This document shows positions 9,539-19,503 of a DNA stretch of 59,518 nucleotides, piece after piece (position 1 is the first letter of the stretch; each line of letters begins with the position of its first letter). Location of the stretch: the NCBI GenBank assembly GCA_018691345.1, contig JABGTJ010000062.1, forward strand, positions 1 to 59,518. Direction: 5' to 3'. The notes under the pieces are model-generated. The model saw nothing but the letters and a program-made list of their open reading frames with translations, did no database searches and had not been told where the DNA came from. This stretch comes from Methanobacteriota archaeon. Its GTDB lineage: Archaea > Thermoplasmatota > Poseidoniia > Poseidoniales > Poseidoniaceae. A program made the position numbers and the translations under genes.

Positions 9539-10399
9539 ATGCTCGGGCAAGTAGGAGACAAGTGGATTGGTAGATTACAACAACATGTAGCAAAAGACCT
9601 TCGGACCAATGGATGGTCACAGACCGAGATTGCTGAAGTTCTCGGTTCAACTCAAAGTACGATTTCACGGCAAATGCAAAAACCACCGATTCGACTCAAT
9701 GCAAGTGCAGATGAAGCAACGATTGATGGATGGGGCAACGAATTATCACAAGCGCTGTCAACTCTTGGCCCAGGGTGTAATGTTCTTCGACAACGCCTCA
9801 TCGTCGAATTCCAACTCAACGGCAACAATACACTCCGGTTTGATAAAACACTCACGGGATTGGATTTGGATGCAGGCCAGGAACAGCGTGCACTTTTGCG
9901 TCGGCTTGAATGGGCAGCTGGAAGACTTGATTCACGTCGAATTGAGCAAGCGATTCCTGCGGTCGGACTCAATATTGCATCATGCAACACGGGTGCAACT
10001 TCAACCGATGATGTTGCAGCATTCCCCGGGCGCATAACCATGGTAGGAGGCGTACTTCGCCACCATGAAACTCCGAGTTTTGGAGCGTCAACACATTTGG
10101 CTAATCTCTTGATTGGCATTCACCACATCGAGCCAAGCAAGACATCCGTACTCAACATCCGCCCACCAACACAGAACAACGAAGTAGATACTGCAGCAGT
10201 TCGAAAGGCTTGTGAGCAACTGGGGTATTCATTCGCCTTGGCACCGAAAGCAAAAATCGAAGCGGGAACAACACGGTTTGATGTTTTACTTGATGAAGGA
10301 GATTTTGGATGGGAACCTACGCTGTACATCGTCGCACACAACCCGTTAGAATTGGTTGACCGAACCCACCAATTAACCGCAATTCTCAAGCAGGTGTAA
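9539..10399 (+). CDS. thiR: ThiR-type thiamine regulator (N-terminal HTH plus ThiN thiamine-phosphate-synthase-like domain)
   Basis: HTH WSQTEIAEVLGSTQSTISR; ThiN motifs IPAVGLNIA, DVAAFPGRI, PSFGASTHLA, DEGDFGWEP; directly upstream of thiBPQ. Confidence 0.85.
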   Translation: MLGQVGDKWIGRLQQHVAKDLRTNGWSQTEIAEVLGSTQSTISRQMQKPPIRLNASADEATIDGWGNELSQALSTLGPGCNVLRQRLIVEFQLNGNNTLRFDKTLTGLDLDAGQEQRALLRRLEWAAGRLDSRRIEQAIPAVGLNIASCNTGATSTDDVAAFPGRITMVGGVLRHHETPSFGASTHLANLLIGIHHIEPSKTSVLNIRPPTQNNEVDTAAVRKACEQLGYSFALAPKAKIEAGTTRFDVLLDEGDFGWEPTLYIVAHNPLELVDRTHQLTAILKQV

Positions 10400-10401
10400 C
10401 T

Positions 10402-11535
10402 ATGAAAGCAATAGCATTCACGCTCACTCTGATGCTGTTCAGTTCTCTGAGCGGTTGCCTGAGTCCAGAACAATTAGCTGCACTCGAGGACGAAAACGCT
10501 TGCGACGCAAACGTTCAGGTACGAGACTCTGATGGAACATTGAAAATACTCACATACGACATATTCCAAGGGTATTCAAATGAACTTATTGAACAGTTCA
10601 TCAACCAAACTGGAATCCAGGTGGAAGTCATTCGAACGGATGATGCAGGTGGAATTCTTGATCAAATGATGCTGACGCAAATGGCGCCGCAAGCAGACCT
10701 CATGCTAGGTCTCGACAACACCTACCTCCCTACTGCTCTCAAAAATTGCTTGCTGATTGAATCAGGCCACCATCCCGAAAACTTGACTCAATCCTCTAAG
10801 GACTTCTACGATGGCGCTATGGCGTTGCCCTTCGATGAAGGGGATGTCTGCCTCAATTACGATGAAGATGCATTGATGGATTCAAACATGAGCGTCCCAA
10901 CAAGCCTCTGGGACCTAACTGAACCTGAATGGAACGGCAAACTAGCTCTTCCTTCGCCAATTACTTCATCACCAGGCAGAGCTTTTTTAGTTGCGACGTA
11001 CGACTATTTCAGCGATGAATCAAATGCTGAACGAGGTAACATGTCTTCATGGTGGAAGGCCATCGCAGACAACGGAGCAATCTTCACATCCGGTTGGACT
11101 GAATCGTATACGACTTACTACACAGGAGGTTACGGAGAATACACTGAAGGTTACATTGGAGGTGCATACATGACGGTCTCTTACTGCCACTCACCTGGAG
11201 TTGAGGCCTATTTTGCTGAGAACTACACGCACTCAACTTCCCTTGTGCTACCAAAATCCACGTTTCACCAAGTCGAGTACACTGGGATCATACACGGTGC
11301 TGCAGAAGTAGATGCTGCTCGACTGTTTATGGAATATATTACTTCACCCGATGTGAATGTCAACATGCCAGAATACAATTCCATGTATTCAGTCATCGAA
11401 GGAAACGAACTGCCAGAGACGAACGGTTACCGCTACCATTCAGATGTTGTGAACTCAACATCGACCATCACCAACGAAATCATCGAACAATACATGGATG
11501 AGTGGCTCATTGAATGGCAAGAAGCCACTCAGTAA
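10402..11535 (+). CDS. thiB: Thiamine ABC transporter substrate-binding lipoprotein
   Basis: Lipobox LSGC, LTYD, ADLMLGLDN, P.TSSPGRAFL, VSYCHSP, QVEY. Confidence 0.9.
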   Translation: MKAIAFTLTLMLFSSLSGCLSPEQLAALEDENACDANVQVRDSDGTLKILTYDIFQGYSNELIEQFINQTGIQVEVIRTDDAGGILDQMMLTQMAPQADLMLGLDNTYLPTALKNCLLIESGHHPENLTQSSKDFYDGAMALPFDEGDVCLNYDEDALMDSNMSVPTSLWDLTEPEWNGKLALPSPITSSPGRAFLVATYDYFSDESNAERGNMSSWWKAIADNGAIFTSGWTESYTTYYTGGYGEYTEGYIGGAYMTVSYCHSPGVEAYFAENYTHSTSLVLPKSTFHQVEYTGIIHGAAEVDAARLFMEYITSPDVNVNMPEYNSMYSVIEGNELPETNGYRYHSDVVNSTSTITNEIIEQYMDEWLIEWQEATQ

Positions 11536-11549
11536 CTGAGGTCGCCAAT

Positions 11550-13310
11550 GTGCTCTCAAAGACTTCGGTAATCGTAAGCGAAAGAAGTCTTCGTTCACTC
11601 GCAGTTGTCGTGTTTATCCTCGGTGTTTCGATGCCATTCATCTATGCAATACATCGTTTAAATCAGGTCACCCAATGGACTGCTTGGGAAGCAGTACTTC
11701 GTTTCAACACAGCAAATGGAGCTGCTGAGGCCCTTCGATTCACGTTTATTGAAGCACTCGCATCTGCAGCTCTCACCATTCTACTTGGCTTGCCAGTCGC
11801 ATGGAGTTTGAGTCGATACAAATGGAACAGAGTACGAATCATCCGTGCTTTTCTCGCCGTTCCTTTCGTGACGCCTGCCATTGTTGCCGCAATGGGGTTT
11901 TTGAGTTTGATACGTGATGGAGGATTACTCTCTCGGGTTGGCATTGACCTCCGGCTTGAAACTGGCATCATAGGGTACATTGCTGAACAATCAGGTTGGG
12001 ACCATCCAGGCCACTTTTTAGCACTCATACTCGCTCATGCGTGGTTCAATTTATCGCTCATGATTCGATTCATCGAACCTACACTCTCCACTCTCGACCC
12101 TGCCTGGGAAGAACAACTGACTGTACTCCCATCGGGGAAGAAAAAATGGGTGCGTATCCGGACACTTTGGATTCCGATTTTGGGACCTGCTGTCATGTGT
12201 GCTGGAGCCTTAAGTTTCCTCTTTTCTTTCACTTCATTTGCACTGGTGAAATGGCTTGCCCCAAACAATCACACACTTGAATCACTCATGGCAGAGGCCG
12301 GTTCATCGGCAGGAATTGTGAATTATCGGGTTGATTCAAGTGAATTGATTTATTCGGTTGCTTTGATACAATTTTTCATCCTCCTGCTCACCTTACTTCT
12401 CACTGCTTCATTTCAGAAGCGGTATACTCGCCGCCTCTCCGTACTCAGCGAACAAGGGGTTCGAAACCACCATGGCCGTCCAACAGTTCAGGCTAAAATT
12501 ACCCTCCTGCTTGCACTCGTATTTACTGCATTACCGTTTCTTTCAACCATTTTCTCGTCGTTTCAAATCAGAAAAGTGGTCGATGGTAATGTTCAATCAG
12601 ACTGGTCACTCGAAGGCTGGAGGAATGCATGGACTGGAAATTTGTCGACAATGGGTGCAAATGAAGCCATGCTAAATTCAGTCAGTTATGCCATCGCTAC
12701 GCTCTTTATTGCCTTACCGCTCGGCTGGGTTTTGGCCTCGACCATTCACAAACTTGATTCGGCTGGATGGAAAAACTCAGCACGCAGTTTAGATCTCTTT
12801 TGCATGTTGCCACTCGCCATTTCAGCGCTGATGGTAGGACTTGGAGTGCTGCTTGGTGGACTACGATGGTATCCTCAGATGTTCAGTTGGTTTTTCTTGC
12901 CCGTTTATCCACATGTGCTTCTGACTGTTCCTTTCGTCGTACGCATCATGCTACCGGCATACGGCTCATTGGACCCGAGGTACACAGAACAATGCCGGTT
13001 GTTGAACCTCACTCCAATTCAAACATGGTATCACGGGACTTTGATGTTCCTTCGTGGACCTGCAGTCGTAGCAGGCTCTCTGACCCTTGCCTTTTCACTT
13101 GGTGAATTTGGTGCTTCATGGCTACTGGTTCGATCGGGCTCCTGGGACACATTGTCCATTGTCGTCGACCAACTGATGGGCAGACCGATGTTCGACCCTA
13201 GCGTTTACCCGACAGCAATGGCAGCCTCAACGATGTTGATGTGCCTCACCTTTGGATTGTTTCTCCTCGCTGAACGGTTTCGCGAGTCGAGCGATAGGAG
13301 TGGATTTTAA
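11550..13310 (+). CDS. thiP: Thiamine ABC transporter permease
   Basis: Two permease repeats (PFVTP, LAHAWFN, FTSF; FSLGEFGA); GTG 11550 follows a GAGGT Shine-Dalgarno. Confidence 0.87.
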   Translation: MLSKTSVIVSERSLRSLAVVVFILGVSMPFIYAIHRLNQVTQWTAWEAVLRFNTANGAAEALRFTFIEALASAALTILLGLPVAWSLSRYKWNRVRIIRAFLAVPFVTPAIVAAMGFLSLIRDGGLLSRVGIDLRLETGIIGYIAEQSGWDHPGHFLALILAHAWFNLSLMIRFIEPTLSTLDPAWEEQLTVLPSGKKKWVRIRTLWIPILGPAVMCAGALSFLFSFTSFALVKWLAPNNHTLESLMAEAGSSAGIVNYRVDSSELIYSVALIQFFILLLTLLLTASFQKRYTRRLSVLSEQGVRNHHGRPTVQAKITLLLALVFTALPFLSTIFSSFQIRKVVDGNVQSDWSLEGWRNAWTGNLSTMGANEAMLNSVSYAIATLFIALPLGWVLASTIHKLDSAGWKNSARSLDLFCMLPLAISALMVGLGVLLGGLRWYPQMFSWFFLPVYPHVLLTVPFVVRIMLPAYGSLDPRYTEQCRLLNLTPIQTWYHGTLMFLRGPAVVAGSLTLAFSLGEFGASWLLVRSGSWDTLSIVVDQLMGRPMFDPSVYPTAMAASTMLMCLTFGLFLLAERFRESSDRSGF

Positions 13311-13942
13311 TGAAAAAGAACAGCATGCTTCACGTGAACGATTTATCTAAGAATTTTGGAACGACTCAAGTATTCAAAGGGCTCAACTTTGAAGTCCTCG
13401 ATGGAGAAATCGTTGCATTGCTCGGGCCCAGCGGCTGTGGCAAATCAACTCTACTACGGATGATTGCTGGATTAGAATCTGTCGAAATCGGTCAAATCTT
13501 GCAACCTGATGATGTGAGTAAAACCATCGGCTATGTGTTTCAAAAACCGATTCTCTACCCCCACCTTGATGTTGAAGGAAATGTGGCATTGGGTCTTGGC
13601 CGAAAAGTGTCTCGTAAAGAACGCCAACGTATCATTAACGATGAACTCACCTTGGTCGGGCTCGAAGGTTTCTCCACACGAAAAATTGAGAACCTCTCGG
13701 GCGGAGAAGCACAACGAATCACCGTCGTAAGAGCCTTGCTGGGTCAACCAAAACTGCTGCTCCTCGATGAGCCGTTCTCAGCCCTTGACTTAGGTACTCG
13801 CCGAAAAATAGCCAAGGACACACGAGCGATACTCCGTTCGAAGAATACAGCAGCCATACATGTTACCCATGACCCAGAAGAAGCAGAAATTATTGCAGAC
13901 AGAGTATTGCTGTGGAGTGACATCACGCACACAGACGACTGA
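13310..13942 (+). CDS. thiQ: Thiamine ABC transporter ATP-binding protein
   Basis: GPSGCGKST, LSGGEAQR, LLLDEPFSALD, VTHD; 1-nt overlap with thiP. Confidence 0.87.
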   Translation: MKKNSMLHVNDLSKNFGTTQVFKGLNFEVLDGEIVALLGPSGCGKSTLLRMIAGLESVEIGQILQPDDVSKTIGYVFQKPILYPHLDVEGNVALGLGRKVSRKERQRIINDELTLVGLEGFSTRKIENLSGGEAQRITVVRALLGQPKLLLLDEPFSALDLGTRRKIAKDTRAILRSKNTAAIHVTHDPEEAEIIADRVLLWSDITHTDD

Positions 13943-14062
13943 TGGAGGAATGGGAGCCCGTTCATCCCATGGATAGCATAATAAGTGGGCCTGTACCATT
14001 ACTATGTGGTCAACATGGTAGGCACCCCGCTCGATGTGCTCCCTTATGTAAGGGGAATTCAA

Positions 14063-14554
14063 ATGGTACTTTCAGGATATGAAGGGTATACAAAAGGAAA
14101 GAGGCGTGCGGCAGACCTTGCCATACGGGAAGAAATCCAACGTTGCGGTACGCGTGCTCGAAACCATTTACTCAATGTTCATGATAACGCATTCCGTGAA
14201 AAGAAAATAGCCATTGCTAAAGCTGCAAAAGCATGCTGCAACACCATCGACCAGCTCATCGAAGATGTTGATAAATCACCTACTGGTATGTCTCATGCTT
14301 TCTTTTCCGGTCAAAACTCAGTGTCAATCTCAGTTCTCAAAAAACTAATCAAACACGATCACGATGTCATTGAAATGATGACGAAATGCGTGAATATATC
14401 TAACAGTGTTGAACACGCTTTTTCTGCAGGTAAAGAAGAGGATGAAATCAAATCACTCATTCGCCAATGCGAGCAAATGATGACAAGTTCGAGGGGCTAC
14501 TTTAGCGCTCGTGCGACCGTCCTTGATGGACTACGACAAAAGAAGAAGGTGTGA
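14063..14554 (+). CDS. Conserved hypothetical helical protein
   Basis: ORF preceded by a GGGG SD-like sequence; its stop overlaps the next start (GTGA); GY.GY....RR.AD..IR N-terminus. Confidence 0.7.
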   Translation: MVLSGYEGYTKGKRRAADLAIREEIQRCGTRARNHLLNVHDNAFREKKIAIAKAAKACCNTIDQLIEDVDKSPTGMSHAFFSGQNSVSISVLKKLIKHDHDVIEMMTKCVNISNSVEHAFSAGKEEDEIKSLIRQCEQMMTSSRGYFSARATVLDGLRQKKKV

Positions 14555-15765
14555 ATATGACGAATTTTAAATGGCGAAGTAATCCAAATATTATAGCAAG
14601 ATTGGTCGATGGCAATGACATCAAAACGTGGAAGTCAAGACAAGTTGTCTTGAAGCCAAACGAAGCTTGTGCTTTCATTATCGATGGCCGGATTGGCGAC
14701 ATCGTTTCTGAAAAAATCGTTCGAAACATCGGTGGAGGAATTGGGCGCCATATTGCGGACATGATGGGTGGAACGGCTACTGACCGTCGAATGTTGTTTG
14801 CAATGACCGGGCCTGTTGACCTGGGAATCCCCTTCAATGCAGCCATGAACGATGGTTCCACTGCCACCGGCCTCATGCACCTCAAAGTTCAGTTGCGAAA
14901 GGAGGACATTCCGAAACTCCTCAATGTCTTTGCCAACAATGCACCTGTTCTCGACAGGAATGCTTTGGTTGGACTCATCGCCAACGAAATCGGAACACGG
15001 TGCATCGCACCTGCAATGGCAAACTGCTCAAATGCAGAGGAACTTCGAAGCCCGGAATTCCAAGAGCACCTCGAAATGCACACCGAAGTTGAAATGCGTC
15101 AGACCTTTTCGAATCTCGGATTCACCTTCCTACGAGCGTATATTTCTACGGACAAAACAGACCAAGAGAAACTGGCAAAACTTCGTGCAGACCTCGACAT
15201 GGCGACCCAAACTGAGGGTGCAAATGCAGACGCTTTAATGGAACGAATCGCAATTCGTGAAGCAGCAACACTTCGACGTATCGAATGTGAAGTGAATGTT
15301 GAGCGTGCAAAGAAACACGGTGAAGTCACGATTCAAGCGGAATCTGAGTTACTGGAACTACGAAAGCAGGAAGCAGTTTGGGAAGCAGAATTGGTCAGAG
15401 ATCAAGGCAAGGCTGACCTACGAATGAAAGAATCATCTCACAAGACTGAACAAGCAATGGAGTTGTTTGAACAAGTCCAAGCACGCAAGCGCGATAGAGT
15501 ACAGCAAAGCCAAGTTCACCAAGACCAACGAATGGAAAAGCAAAACGAGATTCAAATGAAAATGATGGAAATGGCTGCTGCCCAGGGTGCACTCACTCCG
15601 GAAGTGATGCAAGAGTTCCTGCGCCAGCAAACCGCACAGAAAGCCATCGACGGAAGCGATACGAACAACGAACCCACCCCGCCATCGACGTCCACATGCA
15701 ATCAATGCCAGGCAGCATTAATGCCGGATTGGAAAGTATGCCCCTATTGCGGTGCTGCACAATAA
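14551..15765 (+). CDS. SPFH/Band-7-like protein with coiled coil and C-terminal zinc ribbon
   Basis: QVVLKPNEACAFIIDGRI beta-rich N-terminus, long Glu/Gln/Lys coiled coil, CNQC...CPYCG. Confidence 0.75.
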   Translation: MNMTNFKWRSNPNIIARLVDGNDIKTWKSRQVVLKPNEACAFIIDGRIGDIVSEKIVRNIGGGIGRHIADMMGGTATDRRMLFAMTGPVDLGIPFNAAMNDGSTATGLMHLKVQLRKEDIPKLLNVFANNAPVLDRNALVGLIANEIGTRCIAPAMANCSNAEELRSPEFQEHLEMHTEVEMRQTFSNLGFTFLRAYISTDKTDQEKLAKLRADLDMATQTEGANADALMERIAIREAATLRRIECEVNVERAKKHGEVTIQAESELLELRKQEAVWEAELVRDQGKADLRMKESSHKTEQAMELFEQVQARKRDRVQQSQVHQDQRMEKQNEIQMKMMEMAAAQGALTPEVMQEFLRQQTAQKAIDGSDTNNEPTPPSTSTCNQCQAALMPDWKVCPYCGAAQ

Positions 15766-15816
15766 CTGCATTTTGGCCTCAAATAGATTTATTTTCGTCA
15801 TCGTACAGCAACTCTC

Positions 15817-16575
15817 ATGCGTCTCACATGGGGCTCCTTACCTTGGAAGGTTTGGAAACCGCACTGGATGAACCGTCACACGCTCGGTGGGCGAAGAATT
15901 ACCTATGCGATTCTCGTAGGTTTGACGTTTTTCGCAGCGCTTCCGTACACAACTGTGAACCGTATTGCGAACCATCGAGACTTGGTGGCTTTTGACCCCA
16001 CAATTCAACTTGATCTCGACATGCCGTTTATTGCATGGATGATTCTCCCCTACCTCACATTGTACTTGTATTATCCCGCTGCTGCATGGCTTGGAAGTGC
16101 AAATGAGACCATGTGGAAGCAGAACCTGGTCTTCCATCAAATGATGCTCATTACCTGTTGGTGGGTTAATTTGGTGTTCATACTCTTACCCGTTGAAATC
16201 GACTTGAGGCACCTTATTGTTGGTATCGAAGGAACGCATTGGGAGCCATGGTACGAGTTTTTGCATGGTGCCGATGAGCCTTGGAATTCCTGGCCTTCGC
16301 TGCATATAGTCCAAAGCACACAAGTCGTGCTCATCCTTCGATATTGGTACCCATCTACAACGACAAAACGAAAAGTCCTCCACAACTCTTTGCTTGTAAT
16401 GTGGGTACTGCTGGTTCTTTCGACCATGGTGATCAAGCAGCATTACATTTGGGATGTAGTGACGGCACTGGTACTCACAGCACTTGGCTGGGTCTACTGG
16501 ATGAAACCGAATCTTGAGCGATTGAAAACTGAGGAAGGGGACAAACAGTTCGACGAACTCATGCTCGCAGATTAA
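15817..16575 (+). CDS. PAP2-superfamily (AUR1/IPC-synthase-like) membrane protein
   Basis: WNSWPSLH and KQHYIWDV motifs; about 6 TM helices. Confidence 0.82.
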   Translation: MRLTWGSLPWKVWKPHWMNRHTLGGRRITYAILVGLTFFAALPYTTVNRIANHRDLVAFDPTIQLDLDMPFIAWMILPYLTLYLYYPAAAWLGSANETMWKQNLVFHQMMLITCWWVNLVFILLPVEIDLRHLIVGIEGTHWEPWYEFLHGADEPWNSWPSLHIVQSTQVVLILRYWYPSTTTKRKVLHNSLLVMWVLLVLSTMVIKQHYIWDVVTALVLTALGWVYWMKPNLERLKTEEGDKQFDELMLAD

Positions 16576-18092
16576 CCAAAGACGAGAGTTACCAAAGGAG
16601 AATTTGTCAGGTACAAGGTGAGGCTGATCCCTGCCATAATCATCATCCAAGAGCCGACCATTTTGATCATACCCGTAGAGCGGCGTAGGAAATTAATCAT
16701 CACTTGGCGCCCCATGCCGACCGTGACGGTGACAAAAATCATGAGCACCAACAAGCCCAGCATTAAGCCGCCAATTCCAACGCCAATTGCCGAGCGACCA
16801 AGGGTGCTCAAATAGAGGACAAAGGGCAGAACTGCTGCTGCTGTACAATCGATGGATGCCGCAGCATATCCAAAACCATAGAGATACATGTTTCTTCGTG
16901 GCGTGAAAGTTTCGTCAGCTTCAGTGGTGCTGTATTTGCGTACGAAACTGTCAACAAAGCCCATCAACTTTGACGTGATTCCAATCAACATCATGCAGCC
17001 CAATACGACCAAAAGTACAGCAATGAAGATCGCAATATAATGAATCAAACCAGAGGCGGCAAAGGCTTCACCCATCACAATGGCAAGAATTCCAATGATG
17101 CCAAAGAAAGTCCACATGCCCACACCAGACAGCAAACCGATGACCCATGAAGACGGCATTTTTGTTTTCAACTTCCCCTCGGCAATCAGTTCATCCTCTC
17201 GCGCTCCCAATGAAAGGTAATAGGAAATGAAGCCTGGCAAAACCGGGAAAGCACAAGGTGAGAAGTACACGAGAATAGAGAGTACCATACCGAGCACGAA
17301 AACAGCGACATAGGATGTACCAGGTTCTTCCCAAGCAATGCGTGAATCCATGGTGTCTTCAACGGTTCCTGTGAGCGCCTTGTCGAGGACCCCGTCGAAT
17401 TTCGACCATTTGTCTTTGGGGGTGCCTGTGGCTTCTTTTGCAATAATGTAGCCCTCAGAATCAAGTATCATTACAATTGGAATTTGACCGGTTCCACCCG
17501 TGGTGAAAAGGCGGACCGGGTCTGTCGTTGAATTGTTTGTGATCTGTGCGGCATTCGTACTTCCCAAACCTGTTGGGTAGGCCGGAACATGGTAGGCTCC
17601 TGAGGTTTCGTTGAGGTACTCGAGTGATTCCTCGTACCAAGCACCGTAGCCAAAGATTGTGAGGTTTTTTCCGGAGGCGTTGGCCTTTTCCATCCAAGCA
17701 TCCATGTTCTCCTCAATGTGCTCTTGTACCTTGTGACAGTTGCTGCAGTCGTGAGCCATGAAGTCAAGAATAATGATGTCGCCTCGGTAGTCGCTCAGAT
17801 TAATCCAGCCGGTCTCGTTGGATACAATCGATTCAATACCGGTTCGATTCAGTGATTCAAAAACGATATTTGGGATTGGAACAGGCTCAGCATCCGATTC
17901 AAAAATCTCATCCATGCTGTCAAACATCGATAATGCTGCGAAGGAAATGGTCACAAACATCAACGCAGCAATCACAAAAGCCTTCCAAGTTTCTTTTTGC
18001 TTGAACACGCCAAAATCTGCTTGTTTGAGCGTATCGACAACAGCACCAGGGACACCAAAAATGTACTCTTTCGTCACGGAGAGAGCGCCCAT
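16572..18092 (-). CDS. Thioredoxin-like (CxxC) plus CcdA/DsbD transmembrane fusion protein
   Basis: ILDFMAHDCSNC in a TlpA-like domain; FSPCAFPVLP and SIDCTAA in a 6-TM CcdA domain. Confidence 0.85.
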   Translation of the reverse strand: MGALSVTKEYIFGVPGAVVDTLKQADFGVFKQKETWKAFVIAALMFVTISFAALSMFDSMDEIFESDAEPVPIPNIVFESLNRTGIESIVSNETGWINLSDYRGDIIILDFMAHDCSNCHKVQEHIEENMDAWMEKANASGKNLTIFGYGAWYEESLEYLNETSGAYHVPAYPTGLGSTNAAQITNNSTTDPVRLFTTGGTGQIPIVMILDSEGYIIAKEATGTPKDKWSKFDGVLDKALTGTVEDTMDSRIAWEEPGTSYVAVFVLGMVLSILVYFSPCAFPVLPGFISYYLSLGAREDELIAEGKLKTKMPSSWVIGLLSGVGMWTFFGIIGILAIVMGEAFAASGLIHYIAIFIAVLLVVLGCMMLIGITSKLMGFVDSFVRKYSTTEADETFTPRRNMYLYGFGYAAASIDCTAAAVLPFVLYLSTLGRSAIGVGIGGLMLGLLVLMIFVTVTVGMGRQVMINFLRRSTGMIKMVGSWMMIMAGISLTLYLTNSPLVTLVFG

Positions 18093-18239
18093 GATACGCT
18101 TGATGCGAAATTGCTTATTCAAGGTAGCGGGGCTATTCCCATGAATGAAGGACACAGCACATCCAAAACAGGAAATTGAGCCAAAATCAAATCCTGTACA
18201 AGGCTCAGTGGGATGTAAACCCCTATTAATTCACTAGAG

Positions 18240-18312
18240 TGGGCTCGGAGAGAATCGAACTCTCGATCTTCGCCATGTGAAGGCGACATCATAACCCCTA
18301 GACCACGAGCCC
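18240..18312 (-). tRNA. tRNA-Val (CAC)
   Basis: GGGCTCG/CGAGCCC acceptor stem, TCGCC-TTCACAT-GGCGA anticodon arm, GTTCGATTC T-loop; no intron, no encoded CCA. Confidence 0.96.
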
Positions 18313-18363
18313 TAAGATGTTTGGACGTAAGGACTCGTCGCTATAAGTCTCCCGTTGGCAGTA

Positions 18364-19449
18364 TCAGCGGTGAGCGTTCAAATGCACCATGCCAACTTCT
18401 AAGCGGTCGTGAGTGGGATGAACTTCAATGAGGTGAACGGGAACGGATACAGCATCTGCCAATTCTTCAGCTAAGGAGAGGGGGAGTTCTATTCGCTGAT
18501 GTTGCGCATCGTAGCGAATCCATCCTTCAGCAATGCCGAGTTCATGACGCAACTCCTCTACATCATCATTGGCGTCTTCAAGCGAAGTCGGAATAGCACC
18601 GAACATAATCGTGTCGTCATCGCTCAAGACTTCATATGGGCGAAGGTTTGCTTGACCCCTGCGCTTGAAACGTGCTCGGAGTTGCCCAGCATCTTTGTAA
18701 CGGGCAGAACAAAACTTGAGATGGAAGTCAAGGTGTTTTGCTGCTTCCTTCAAGCGTAAGGCAAGGTCTGCAGAACCCTCAGCAGCAGCAGTTATTCCAC
18801 CGCTGAGATTGAAACCGCGCACATCCATGTTTTCCTGATTTCCGACCGTAATTTCCAATTCATTGAGATTGAGGAACTGGACCGGTGATGAATCAAGTGC
18901 CTCGAGCAAAGAAAACAATTGTTCTTCTTTGTCAGGTTCACATGGCAATTCGATGCCGACATAGATACCAGCGTCAGCACAAGCCTGTATCGTCGGGAGA
19001 TACTTGGTAAGCGTTCCATCGAGAAGGTGAAAGCGTATTTCATCCAGGCCGGCTGCACCAAAGTCTGCTGCTCGTTCGACTTGAAATGGAATCGAAGTGT
19101 AAAGGTGAATATGGTGCTCTGGACCAAAAGCAGACTTCAGTTGTCGAACGGCTTCCAAAGATTTCTCCATATCCAGCATCGGGTCTCCACCGGTGATTCC
19201 GGTTCCTGTTGCCCGCATGGCATGACCCTCTTCGATGACTTCATCCCATGTTGAACATCGTCGTTCGTTAGCAAACATGTCCGGTGATTCTCTGCGGTTG
19301 TCAGAGAGTGGACAATAATCGCATCCCCAATGACACTTCCCAGTAACAAACAAAACCAGTTTACTTCCCATTTGGCATTGGACACAGCCTTCGGCCTCAC
19401 CGTCTTCTGCTGGTAAGATTTCGGTTGCCATTGGCAAAGAGACGGTCAT
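18364..19449 (-). CDS. Radical SAM protein (archaeal COG2108-like)
   Basis: CVQCQMG.KLVLFVTG then CHWGCDYC (CxxxCxxC), GITGGDP, GLDEIRFH; GGAGG before ATG 19449. Confidence 0.9.
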   Translation of the reverse strand: MTVSLPMATEILPAEDGEAEGCVQCQMGSKLVLFVTGKCHWGCDYCPLSDNRRESPDMFANERRCSTWDEVIEEGHAMRATGTGITGGDPMLDMEKSLEAVRQLKSAFGPEHHIHLYTSIPFQVERAADFGAAGLDEIRFHLLDGTLTKYLPTIQACADAGIYVGIELPCEPDKEEQLFSLLEALDSSPVQFLNLNELEITVGNQENMDVRGFNLSGGITAAAEGSADLALRLKEAAKHLDFHLKFCSARYKDAGQLRARFKRRGQANLRPYEVLSDDDTIMFGAIPTSLEDANDDVEELRHELGIAEGWIRYDAQHQRIELPLSLAEELADAVSVPVHLIEVHPTHDRLEVGMVHLNAHR

Positions 19450-19503
19450 TGAACTCAAACCTCCGAGAGCCCCGATGGTTTCAAACTCTCGCTTGAGCGA
19501 ACA

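Noticed and set aside
9251-9686. Short ORFs in the AT-rich gap (9251-9550, 9313-9507, 9438-9686)
   Set aside because: Atypical composition, mutually overlapping and without motifs; likely spurious
18160-18312. Integrated element at tRNA-Val
   Set aside because: No integrase, no duplicated tRNA 3' end, and the flanks are ordinary genes
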